A stretch of DNA of 64,000 bases from an uncultured Cytophagia bacterium (GCA_964498785.1 CAZCJL010000004.1:19176-83175), one strand, 5' to 3'. Shown: positions 32,394-41,536, counted from the first letter of the stretch. Notes: a model not told the origin generated them from the letters alone. A program made the numbers and translations.

Positions 32394-33368
32394 TTGGCAA
32401 AAAAAATAACAATACCTGTACTTAAAATTTTGGTAAGCGTCGGACTGGTTTTCTTTTTATTTCATAAGTTAGGCTTTAAAAATGTAACGTCACAATTTGC
32501 ATCAATCAATATATATTGGTTTTTGCTGGGAATCGTTCTTTTTTCATTGAGCAATTTATTCGGTTCTATACAATGGGCGTTTTTATTAAAAGCCGTGGGC
32601 ATCCATTTACCATTGACACGCGTAATTTCTTACTATTATACAGGACTCTTTTTTAATAACTTTTTAGTCGGTTATATTGGTGGAGATGCGATTCGTGTTT
32701 ACGACATTACCAAAACGACCGGCGCGAATTCCGAAGCAATCTCTTCGGTATTTTTTGACCGACTTATTGGATTTGCGATGTTAACAATTATGGCTTTATG
32801 TGCTTCGTTATACCTTGTAAAAACATTAATAACAAGCAATATCATCGTCATTATTCTATCCCTCTTTTTATTTTGGGTCATTTTAATCGTCATTTTGTTC
32901 AATAAGCGATTCCTTGATAAGATAAGCTGGTTATTCAAATGGATGCTACCTGAGACATTAAGCAATAAAATCAGAAAAATTTATCTTGGCATAAATCAAT
33001 TCAAGCATCATAAAACAATTTTAGCAAAAGTGCTGGCCATTTCTGCTGTTATTCAGAGCCTGAGAATATTAGTCCACTATGCTGCCGCACGTTCCTTCGG
33101 GGTGAATATCGCTCCGATTTATTTTATCATTTTTATCCCCATTATAGCATTGTTAGCAAGCTTGCCTATATCTATCGGGGGGATCGGAATCCGGGAAAGC
33201 AGTGGCGTCGCATTATTTACACAGATTTGGCCGGTTCAGGCTGATATTGTTGCATTTGAATTTTGTGCTTTCCTGATCGGCATTATTTCTACCATTCCCG
33301 GAGGAATTATCTTTATGCTTCGGAAGGAAGTAACTCAACCAATAACAAAAGGAGAATTGGTAAAATGA
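32394..33368 (+). CDS. Lysylphosphatidylglycerol synthase TM-region / UPF0104 flippase-like membrane protein
   Basis: LKILVSVGL, GLFFNNFL.GYIGGDAIR, FFDRLIG, LPISIGGIGIRE. Confidence 0.85.
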   Translation: MAKKITIPVLKILVSVGLVFFLFHKLGFKNVTSQFASINIYWFLLGIVLFSLSNLFGSIQWAFLLKAVGIHLPLTRVISYYYTGLFFNNFLVGYIGGDAIRVYDITKTTGANSEAISSVFFDRLIGFAMLTIMALCASLYLVKTLITSNIIVIILSLFLFWVILIVILFNKRFLDKISWLFKWMLPETLSNKIRKIYLGINQFKHHKTILAKVLAISAVIQSLRILVHYAAARSFGVNIAPIYFIIFIPIIALLASLPISIGGIGIRESSGVALFTQIWPVQADIVAFEFCAFLIGIISTIPGGIIFMLRKEVTQPITKGELVK

Positions 33369-34420
33369 AACGTCTTTTGATCATATTGCTAACCAGCCTT
33401 CTCGTTATCTCCGTTTTAACAAATTGTGAACGCAAATTAACCGGCTGGGGAGATGATGCAGATGTGTATGTTTTAGCAGATTCTGTAATCTGGCAAAGCG
33501 CCGAAACAGTGATACGCGATATATTTGAAAAACCACTTATTACGCCACAAGATGAAACAATTTTTACCATCAATAAAGCAAATTTGAATAAATTTCAGCG
33601 ATATAAAAATTTGCTGTTTTTGGCAACACTGGATGGTGAAGGCGATGTGTCGCAATTAGTAAAAAATAACCTTTCTCCGCAGGCGCAACAAAAAGTAAAA
33701 GCGGGACATTACGTCTTTTTACAAAAAGAAAAATGGGCGTCCGATCAATTAATTATGTTTCTGGTATCATCTGATTCTTCATCATTAAAAGAAAAAATAA
33801 CAGAGAACAAGGATTATATTTTTAACTTATTCGATAACTATTGGAATGAGGCAAAAAAGGAACAAATGTACCGAAGCGGACGTGAAGAAGAACTTGAAGC
33901 GTATTTATTGAAAAATTATGACTGGACTTTTGATGTGCCCCACGACTACCAGATTTTCATTGAAAAACCTGATAGCAATTTTGTGATGTTGCGTCGAATG
34001 CTTCCCGAACGATGGTTATTTGTTTATTGGATTGAAAATGAAGCCCCGTCAATTCTTAGTGAGGAGTGGGTTATTAACACCCGCGATTTACTTGGAAAAA
34101 AGTTTTACGATGGAGACCAGATCGAGCAAAAGTATCTCAAACCCGATATCGAAGAAGTTGATTTCCTGGGTCGTCATGCCTTTAAAATTGAAGGCTTATG
34201 GCGAAATGATATTAAACAGGCCGGCGGGCCATTTAGAAATTATACATTTTATGATGAACCGTCAAAACGAATATATATGCTTGATTTCGCTATTTTTTCC
34301 CCGCGACTGAAACGATCAAAACGGATGTATTTACGACAGGCAGAAATTATTCTCCATACGTTTAAAACTGAACTTGACACGAATACAAAACTCCGACAAA
34401 TTCAGAAAGTTGAGGAATAA
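33365..34420 (+). CDS. DUF4837-like lipoprotein
   Basis: Lipobox VLTNC after MKRLLIILL (start placed at 33365); P....PQDE..F, GLWRN....GGPF.NY, APxxxKR-type tail. Confidence 0.7.
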   Translation: MKRLLIILLTSLLVISVLTNCERKLTGWGDDADVYVLADSVIWQSAETVIRDIFEKPLITPQDETIFTINKANLNKFQRYKNLLFLATLDGEGDVSQLVKNNLSPQAQQKVKAGHYVFLQKEKWASDQLIMFLVSSDSSSLKEKITENKDYIFNLFDNYWNEAKKEQMYRSGREEELEAYLLKNYDWTFDVPHDYQIFIEKPDSNFVMLRRMLPERWLFVYWIENEAPSILSEEWVINTRDLLGKKFYDGDQIEQKYLKPDIEEVDFLGRHAFKIEGLWRNDIKQAGGPFRNYTFYDEPSKRIYMLDFAIFSPRLKRSKRMYLRQAEIILHTFKTELDTNTKLRQIQKVEE

Positions 34421-34423
34421 ACA

Positions 34424-34944
34424 GTGGGAAATTATTTCAAATTCGATTTATTTAACACCAGCTATAAGCAGGAAATAATCGCCGGAATTACTACATTTGC
34501 GACAATGTCGTACATCATCATAGTGAATCCGGCAATATTAGAAGCTGCCGGAATACCCAGGGGGCCATCAATGGTCGCCACAATCATCTCTGCGTTTTTT
34601 GGTACAATCATTATGGGTCTTTATGCCAACCGACCGTTTGCCATTGCTCCGTATATGGGCGAAAACGCTTTTATCGCGTTTACAGTTGTAAAAGGACTTG
34701 GTTATTCCTGGCAAACTGCTATTGGTGCAATTTTTATTGGCGGGGTTTTATTTACACTGCTCACCATTTTTCGAATTAGATCCTGGTTAGCAACCGCAAT
34801 CCCGGAATCGGAATGACTGCCGGCTTTATTCTTTATGTATTGTTTAAAATCGTAACCGGACAAATTAAAACAATTCATTTCGGAATGTGGATCCTTGCTG
34901 TTTTTTCGCTGTTGTTCTACATATTTTATCCGTATCATTCGTAA
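34424..34944 (+). pseudogene. NCS2/AzgA-type nucleobase permease with a large internal deletion
   Basis: N-terminus (EIIAGITTFATMSYII.VNP.IL, AIAPYMGENAF) runs to AIPES. It is then joined out of frame to the family C-terminus (GMTAGFILYVLFKIVTG...LLFYIFYPYHS*). Confidence 0.85.
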
Positions 34945-35124
34945 GCTGTTTTTTTTTGAAGATTGCTTTGCCTGGAACTAAGAATGTTCGTTAATTTTTA
35001 AATTCATAAAAACACGCTTAATGCTTAAAATTATGTACAGTTAAGTGCAGGGTTTAATATCAGCATATATTGGAGAGAAGAAATTAAAAATTTATCAAAA
35101 ATATTACATCGATGAGGTACAGCC

Positions 35125-36021
35125 ATGGATAAAGTCTTGATAACCGGAGCCAATGGCCTTTTAGGTCAAAAATGCGTTCAGATATTTTCTCCGGATTATG
35201 AAGTTTTAGGTATTGATATTCAAGATAATTCATATATTAACAACAAAAATTATGTTTATCAAAAATCGGATATAACTCAACGCACTGTCTTAAAAAAAGA
35301 TGTGCTACCGTTTTTCCCGAAATATATAATCAATACAGCGGCGTATACAAATGTTGATGACAGCGAAACAAATAAAGAAGTCTGTTGGAAAATTAATGTC
35401 GACGGCGTAAAAAATCTCATTTATGTCGCTGGAAAAATTAATGCGAAAATTATCCATATTTCAACCGATTATGTTTTTGACGGAAAAAACGGGCCGTATA
35501 AAGAAACAGATACTCCCAGGCCACTTGGATATTATGGAAAATCGAAGCTTGCCAGCGAAAACGCGCTCATTAAATGTGATCTTGAATTTGCTATCGCCCG
35601 AACAATGGTTTTGTACGGAGTCACAAATAATGCACGCCCCAATTTCGTTACCTGGCTTATCGAAAAATTACGTAACAAAGAAAAGCTCACAATTGTTGAT
35701 GACCAGTTTGGTAATCCAACACTTGTTGACGATTTGGCGAATGCGATCAAACAAATTATACAACATGAGAAATGGGATCTTTTTCATGTCAGCGGCGGTG
35801 ATTTAGTTGATCGATATACATTTGCTTTAAAAATAGCTGAAATATTTAAATTCGATAAAAATTTGATTACCGCGATTAAAACAACCGACCTGAAACAACA
35901 GGCGCCCAGACCCCTTAATTCAGGCTTCATCCTTGATAAACTTAATGAAGAACTTGGTCTTGAAATGCCTCGCATTGAACAAAGCTTAAAAGCTTTTAAA
36001 AAGCAACTTAAAAAATTTTAA
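35125..36021 (+). CDS. rfbD: dTDP-4-dehydrorhamnose reductase (RmlD)-like SDR
   Basis: ITGANGLLG, NTAAYTNVD, HISTDYVFDG, YGKSKLASE, DQFGNPT. Confidence 0.85.
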   Translation: MDKVLITGANGLLGQKCVQIFSPDYEVLGIDIQDNSYINNKNYVYQKSDITQRTVLKKDVLPFFPKYIINTAAYTNVDDSETNKEVCWKINVDGVKNLIYVAGKINAKIIHISTDYVFDGKNGPYKETDTPRPLGYYGKSKLASENALIKCDLEFAIARTMVLYGVTNNARPNFVTWLIEKLRNKEKLTIVDDQFGNPTLVDDLANAIKQIIQHEKWDLFHVSGGDLVDRYTFALKIAEIFKFDKNLITAIKTTDLKQQAPRPLNSGFILDKLNEELGLEMPRIEQSLKAFKKQLKKF

Positions 36022-36050
36022 TGTCGGAAAAATAACTAAAGGAATCGATT

Positions 36051-36773
36051 TTGAAAAGAAGTCTTATCGTCATTCCGACGTATAACGAATCGGAAAATAT
36101 AGAAAAATTAATCGACCGTATCCTTTTTCAAGGAATTAAAAATCTTGATATTTTGATTGTTGACGACAATTCACCAGATGGTACTTCTACCATTGTTGAA
36201 GGAGTTGCAAAACATGAGCCGAATGTATATTTATTAAAAAGGAGTAACAAACAGGGCCTTGGAACCGCTTATGTAACCGGCTTTAAATATGCGATTCAAC
36301 ACGGTTATGACTATATTTTTGAAATGGATGCAGATTTCTCACACGATCCGGATGAAATTCCCAATTTCCTGAAAAATATCGAACAATATGATCTTGTGAT
36401 CGGATCACGGTATATTGTTGGTGTGAATGTTATTAATTGGCCTTTGACCCGCCTGATATTAAGTCTGGGAGCAAATAGATACACCGAAATTATTACGGGA
36501 CTCCCTATTAAAGACTGCACAGGCGGTTATAAATGCTTCCGTCGTGAGGTTTTGGAAAAAATCAACTTTGATAAAATTGATTCGGATGGCTACTCGTTCC
36601 AGATTGAAATGAATTTTAAAGCCTGGAAATTGGGATTCAAAATTCACGAAATACCGATTGTCTTTACTGACAGAATTGCCGGCACCTCAAAAATGAATAA
36701 AAAAATAATCAGAGAAGCAATCTTTATGGTTTGGAAGCTAAAGTTTTTAAGTATATGCGGGAAGTTAAATTAA
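36051..36773 (+). CDS. Polyprenol monophosphomannose synthase-like GT2 (Dpm1/Ppm1 type)
   Basis: IPTYNESENI, VDDNSPDGT, GLGTAY..GF, MDADFSHDP, VIGSRY, D.TGGYKCFRR, GYSFQIEM, EIPIVF.DR..G.SKM. Confidence 0.88.
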   Translation: MKRSLIVIPTYNESENIEKLIDRILFQGIKNLDILIVDDNSPDGTSTIVEGVAKHEPNVYLLKRSNKQGLGTAYVTGFKYAIQHGYDYIFEMDADFSHDPDEIPNFLKNIEQYDLVIGSRYIVGVNVINWPLTRLILSLGANRYTEIITGLPIKDCTGGYKCFRREVLEKINFDKIDSDGYSFQIEMNFKAWKLGFKIHEIPIVFTDRIAGTSKMNKKIIREAIFMVWKLKFLSICGKLN

Positions 36774-36829
36774 AGACCGCAAATTGATATATGAAATTAC
36801 AATCTGAAAAATCAATTCTAAAAGACCTT

Positions 36830-37984
36830 TCATTTTCCAAAATAAAAATTAAATACAACAATCTCAGGTCGATTTCCGATTCGCAGCGGAGGTCCCCATG
36901 TCCCAACGCCACATGATACATAGAAGTGCGTGTTTTGTATCTTTCTGTAGCCCCAGCTAATTTCATAGATCGCTTTCGTTATGTAATTTAATGGCCATAG
37001 TTGACCATGGTGCGTATGACCAGAAAGCTGAAAATCGACGCCATTTTCAATCGCCTGCTCTAAATTATACGGCTGATGATCCATCATTAAAATTGGTTTG
37101 GTTTTATCTACATCCTGCAAAACCGTCCGCAGTGGCTTTCGATCTGCATTTGAAAAACGATTTATACTGTAATCTTCCCGTCCAACCACATAAATCGATT
37201 CATTCAATGCGAACACATCATCCCGCAAAACCCGAATATTGTGCTTCTCCATGTATTTGACCGCGGCCTCTACCCCACCAATATATTCATGATTTCCGGT
37301 AATCGCATAAATGCCATACTTCGTTTTGATCTGAGTTAACGCATCTCCCAAATTTTCTTTAATAACCGGAGCCAGATCTTCATCAACAATATCTCCTGCC
37401 AACAAAACAATATCCGGTTCCAGTTCGTTTATTTTATTGACAATGCTACAAAATCGCTGTCGTCCGATGATTGTTCCGAGATGTATATCTGATGCCGCGA
37501 CAACCTTTAACTGCTTTACAGCAGTTTGTTTTGGAATGGTAATTTCAAAACGCCTGATACGCGGATGCAGTGCATTAAAATGACCGGCGATTAAAATAAC
37601 GGTTACAGCGCTAATTGCTACATAAAACGCGCTTAGTTTCGCTTTGGCATAATCCGCCGAAAGATGATGGATAAATGGCGCATAGTGATTAATTAGCCGG
37701 GCTAAATCTAACAATAAAATTATCAGGAAGAAATAAAGCATGGCGCCCAGCCAAAACGACCCGATATAGACAATTGTTTTGCTAAAAGGGCACAGCCAGA
37801 ATCTCTCAATCACTCTGCCAGCAATAAAAGAAATACTAAGAATGCAAAATATAATTATGTAAGGAATGCGTGCCTTTAAATTTTGCGGAAGCGCCTGCCA
37901 GCCACGAATAAATATATAATAATTAACCAGGCTATATACTATTAAAACGATCGAGAAAAATGTAACAAATTGGAGCGTCTTCAT
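36830..37984 (-). CDS. Membrane-anchored calcineurin-like metallophosphoesterase (YkuE type)
   Basis: N-terminal TM helices; SDIHLG, AGDIVD, TGNHEY, DHQP, LSGHTHHGQ. Confidence 0.9.
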   Translation of the reverse strand: MKTLQFVTFFSIVLIVYSLVNYYIFIRGWQALPQNLKARIPYIIIFCILSISFIAGRVIERFWLCPFSKTIVYIGSFWLGAMLYFFLIILLLDLARLINHYAPFIHHLSADYAKAKLSAFYVAISAVTVILIAGHFNALHPRIRRFEITIPKQTAVKQLKVVAASDIHLGTIIGRQRFCSIVNKINELEPDIVLLAGDIVDEDLAPVIKENLGDALTQIKTKYGIYAITGNHEYIGGVEAAVKYMEKHNIRVLRDDVFALNESIYVVGREDYSINRFSNADRKPLRTVLQDVDKTKPILMMDHQPYNLEQAIENGVDFQLSGHTHHGQLWPLNYITKAIYEISWGYRKIQNTHFYVSCGVGTWGPPLRIGNRPEIVVFNFYFGK

Positions 37985-38082
37985 AAAATTGCTTTCACTA
38001 AAATTTGTAATTCAAATTTTTAATTAATTTAGCAAAATAAAATTTGCAAGCAAGCGTTTTTTTCAATGGATAATTGAAGCAA

Positions 38083-38122
38083 ACGAACACTTCCGAAGCT
38101 ATTGAGTTTCAGAAGTGTTCGT
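38083..38122. repeat. REP-like palindrome (18-bp imperfect stem)
   Basis: acgaacacttccgaagct-attg-agtttcagaagtgttcgt; two G-T pairs in the stem. Confidence 0.6.
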
Positions 38123-38183
38123 AGGTCAAGGATGTCTAACTTGCGATCACATTGTTATTGATGGTATTATGTTCAACATAATT

Positions 38184-38490
38184 TTAAAGATTCGATATAT
38201 CAATATATTTTTCAGGATCAATCGGTATGTTATTCAATCTGATTTCAAAATGAAGATATGGCCCTGTGGATAAACCAGTGGATCCCACTTTTGCGATCAA
38301 TGAACCCTTTTCAATAATATCATTTTCGCTAACCAAAATTTCACCGAGATGCGTATATCGTGTTTTAAAACCATTCGTATGTTCAATAAGTACGAATTTG
38401 CCGGCGCCATTATTTTCAACATAATCGTGTTTCACTTTTATAACAGTCCCTGCATCTGCTGCGTAAATTTCTGTTCCTTTCGGAGCGGCA
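38184..38490 (-). pseudogene. M23 peptidase domain remnant
   Basis: The reading frame extends upstream of the ORF-track start to AAPKGTEIYAADAGTVIKV. The N-terminal HxxxD motif is missing, and the HxH motif reads GPYLHFE. Confidence 0.75.
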
Positions 38491-39163
38491 CATCAGGATC
38501 GAACGAGGAACGGGCTAATTGCGTGATTCCCCAGTCATCCAGTTTGTTGTAAGAACCGCCGCTGACAAGCGCGAAAAACCAGTTTTTATAGCGCAAATAA
38601 TGTTGCCACTTGCTTTCCTGCCACGCTAATGTCTTTAATGCGCAAATGAACAACGCTTTTTCTGTGCCACTCAACACATCTCCAAAATCAGTGATCAATT
38701 ATTGTCCGATTTTCTCAATGAGTTTTTCAACACGTTGATAGTAATTTGTTCGTATTTCCGGGTTCTCCCATTCTTCTGGAGTCAAAGCGAAATCAAGTTC
38801 AATTTTCCCCTTGCATTCATTGGTGATATCCACAAATTGAGTTCCCCGGTCAGCTCGTATTTCTTCGGTTAATTGCCAGCGATCAAACAGGTCAAATACT
38901 CGTTGTTTTTGCCCGATATTTTCATCTTCAAGATTCGCTTCAGGAAGAGATAGCGAAGTATCCAGTTCAGAACCAGAAAAATCGCGCTCCCATTTATCTG
39001 GCGATTCATTTAACCAGAGCATGGGTGCAGAACGAGTTATCGCTTTTACATCATCATCTGCAACGCGCACTTTTTTTTGAGCGCCACCACAATTGATGCT
39101 AATAACGAACGCAACTAACAACAACACCGCGATTCGTTTCGTATGAAATAAAAATGTAAACAC
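38438..39163 (-). pseudogene. Lipoprotein with an SLT/lysozyme-like motif, split by an in-frame TAA and truncated
   Basis: ORFs 38699-39163 and 38438-38698 are in one frame, separated only by TAA at 38699-38701. Signal peptide ending in Cys; LAWQESKW...WGITQL motif. Confidence 0.6.
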
Positions 39164-39195
39164 TGCTCGCCCCTTTTATTTTCCTTGTGAATACA

Positions 39196-40461
39196 TTATT
39201 GAACCTTTACCGGGTAATCCAGTTTTTGAACAGTTTCATTTAGATAATCAATAAACTCATTTTCAGTTTTAATTCCATCAGGTTCCTTTTCCCATGCCGC
39301 CAGAAAATAATACGTCATTTTTCCGGTTTCTGGTTTCAAGACCAGGACATGGCTATATTCGTCTTCTGTAATTTTAATCAAATCCTGTTGTCTATAAAGA
39401 ACCGCCATGCCCAACTGATCCTCGGCCAGGCTCTGTTTGCCGTAATTAGCAAGATATGCCCAGCCCTGTTTTTTATCTGATTGAATCAACGCTGCATCAG
39501 GATGTTTGACGATACCGGTGCACAAGTTTTCCGGACTTCCGGTAATAAAAAGGTCATGTTTTGTTATGCGGCTGCCAGCACAGATAGATAACTCCGAATT
39601 GAGGTCGTAAACTCCATCCCCAATTTTCCAGCCAAAATATTTTGTACGGATGAGTGATTCAACAGCGCCATTCAGAACAATTTCGCAGGATATACTATCT
39701 GTTTGGCTCACTCGATTGGCTTTGTTATCATGCCATATTCCGACAGAACCGATACCCAGGGATCCGCCAACCTTCAAAATATCCATACCCCAATCAGACA
39801 TTTCATGGTACGATTCAAAACCATCCTGTCCCACATTTTGCAGCACCATTTCAGTTATCTTTTTCCCGAAAATGTCTGTCGCATTTCGCCAGTCCAGATA
39901 AAATCTGTAGCCAACTTTATCTGATTCCCAACCAGGTCCTTCATAACGGATATAATTGGAATGATCTGTATGTTCTGGCGGGACGCGGAGAAATTGTACA
40001 TTTTGAAATGTGCCACCTTCATATTTCCGATCGATGAATGTGCCGCCAACTTTCACCGACAATTCTGCCTGGGTTCTTTTCGAGTATTCTCGTGGTTCTT
40101 CCTCAGTGGTGGCATAGCGCAACAAAAGCGTTTTCTTTTCACCAGGATTAAAATCCATGACAGCTAAAATTTCATCAGCGCCGCCGTCGCCGTTCAGGTC
40201 GTTTGCCTGACTGGCAATTTCCTCATTATTACAAAAGATGACAAATGCATTGGGATTAAAATCAGGAGTTCTTTGTTTGATATTTTCGACGCTGAGAAAA
40301 ACCGCTTCATTCGGTCGCATTAAGTCAGTTTCATTAAAAACAGTAAGTGATAAATATTCGGGATATGTTCTTTTGATAGTTCGATCTTCAGAATCTCTGG
40401 ATGAGCAACCGAAAATTGTTAAAAGTGCTGCGATGGCAAAAATTCGGCTAATTAATTTCAT
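39196..40461 (-). CDS. DUF4861-family lipoprotein
   Basis: Lipobox IFGC; EGPGWESDKVGYRFYLD.RN..DIFGK, WGMDILKVG.SLGIG. Confidence 0.8.
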   Translation of the reverse strand: MKLISRIFAIAALLTIFGCSSRDSEDRTIKRTYPEYLSLTVFNETDLMRPNEAVFLSVENIKQRTPDFNPNAFVIFCNNEEIASQANDLNGDGGADEILAVMDFNPGEKKTLLLRYATTEEEPREYSKRTQAELSVKVGGTFIDRKYEGGTFQNVQFLRVPPEHTDHSNYIRYEGPGWESDKVGYRFYLDWRNATDIFGKKITEMVLQNVGQDGFESYHEMSDWGMDILKVGGSLGIGSVGIWHDNKANRVSQTDSISCEIVLNGAVESLIRTKYFGWKIGDGVYDLNSELSICAGSRITKHDLFITGSPENLCTGIVKHPDAALIQSDKKQGWAYLANYGKQSLAEDQLGMAVLYRQQDLIKITEDEYSHVLVLKPETGKMTYYFLAAWEKEPDGIKTENEFIDYLNETVQKLDYPVKVQ

Positions 40462-40608
40462 TTGCTTCCTCCTTTTCTATTAGCTGATTACGATTTTAAA
40501 AAACGCTTCGACTTTCTCGATATAATCTGATGTTACGAAAACGTAAGTAAATATATTCTAATAATTTTTTTCGTTAAAATCAATATTAATGTGAAATTAT
40601 ATTTTGCG

Positions 40609-40968
40609 GAAAACAATTGCCAGCCGCGTTCCGCCTTCGCTCTTTGCCTTCATTTTGCTGATTATGTGCTGAAGGAACAGAATCGAGCCGTTGCTAATCC
40701 TCGGAAGCCCTACGCCAAACCTGCCGCCAAATCCCTGCTCATTAAACTCCCGTCTTATGAATTTTTCCTGCCTCTTCATTGCTCGCCTCATTGAATCGCC
40801 TGACAAGCTCCTCGAAAATATCACCCATACCATGATTATCAATCTCATTGGGATGAAGGTCTATATCACAAAACCTTGAAACGAGAAAAAAAGCCGGTCC
40901 GCCGTGTCGATTTTTACAATGTGCTCTTCAAAACCGAAATTATCAAAAATCTCACGCGCCTTGCCAGA
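40609..40968 (-). pseudogene. hsdM: Type I restriction-modification methyltransferase (HsdM) remnant
   Basis: Three pieces read by hand: SGKAREIFDNFGFEEHIVKIDTADRLF / (frameshift) LVSRFCDIDLHPNEIDNHGMGDIFEELVRRFNEASNEEAG / (deletion) EKFIRREFNEQGFGGRFGVGLPRISNGSILFLQHIISKMKAKSEGGTRLAIVF. Confidence 0.85.
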
Positions 40969-41125
40969 CAAACACAAAGAAAATAACGGAAGATGAGTTT
41001 GAAAAGTACAAAAATAATAGCCGGGCATTATGCATCTGATAAAATGTTGCTATATTTTCCGACTGCCCAAATCCTGTCTAAGATAATACCAAAACACACC
41101 AAACAATCCAACCCGCCGGAAGCAA

Positions 41126-41170
41126 ACAAAAAAGCCGCAATCTCCTGTATTTTCAGGGAAATTACGGCTT
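41126..41170 (-). terminator. Intrinsic terminator downstream of tRNA-Ala
   Basis: Minus strand: aagccgtaat...attgcggctt hairpin followed by a T-run. Confidence 0.6.
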
Positions 41171-41180
41171 TTACGGTTCG

Positions 41181-41253
41181 TGGAGCTAAGGGGATTCGAA
41201 CCCCTGACCTCTTGACTGCCAGTCAAGCGCTCTCCCAACTGAGCTATAGCCCC
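41181..41253 (-). tRNA. tRNA-Ala (GGC), CCA not encoded
   Basis: GGGGCTATAGCTCAGTTGGGAGAGCGCTTGACTGGCAGTCAAGAGGTCAGGGGTTCGAATCCCCTTAGCTCCA; G3:U70 alanine determinant, GGC anticodon, TTCGAAT T-loop. Confidence 0.98.
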
Positions 41254-41268
41254 TTTTTATCGTGCAAC

Positions 41269-41297
41269 ATGATACTAAAAATATTCTAAAAAGTCAA
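41269..41297 (-). promoter_or_regulatory. sigma70-type promoter for tRNA-Ala
   Basis: Minus strand: TTGACT, 17 bp, TATCAT, ending about 15 bp before the tRNA 5' end. Confidence 0.65.
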
Positions 41298-41446
41298 GAT
41301 TTTTTTTACAAAAGTGCTGTTCATCACATTTCTATTTTAAGAATTTGTTATTTTATATGCAGATGTAATTGGAGATCATAAAAAATTTAAACCACATGCC
41401 CCCCATTTCGTTCATGATCTCTGGTTACATCTTTTTTTTATTTTTC

Positions 41447-41475
41447 TTGATTTTTTATTTCAGAATGATTATTAT
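41447..41475 (+). promoter_or_regulatory. Putative sigma70-type promoter for the MFS operon
   Basis: TTGATT (41447-41452), 17 bp, TATTAT (41470-41475). Confidence 0.5.
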
Positions 41476-41536
41476 TACTTCACCGAAATGTAATTCTCAC
41501 CTAAAAATCAACCTTTAACCAATCCCGGAGCAATAC

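Noticed and set aside
38699-38701. Programmed stop-codon readthrough or recoding
   Set aside because: The codon is TAA, which ends many intact genes here. The neighbouring lesions (deletion, HxH loss) point to simple decay.
40591-40879. Plus-strand ORFs 40591-40794 and 40691-40879
   Set aside because: They are antisense shadows of the hsdM remnant.
40970-41180. Integrase or att-site duplicate next to tRNA-Ala
   Set aside because: No tyrosine-recombinase-like peptide and no second copy of the tRNA 3' end seen in this window.
40993-41289. ORFs 40993-41289 (+) and 41050-41238 (-)
   Set aside because: They overlap the tRNA-Ala and its terminator, and show no protein-like motifs.
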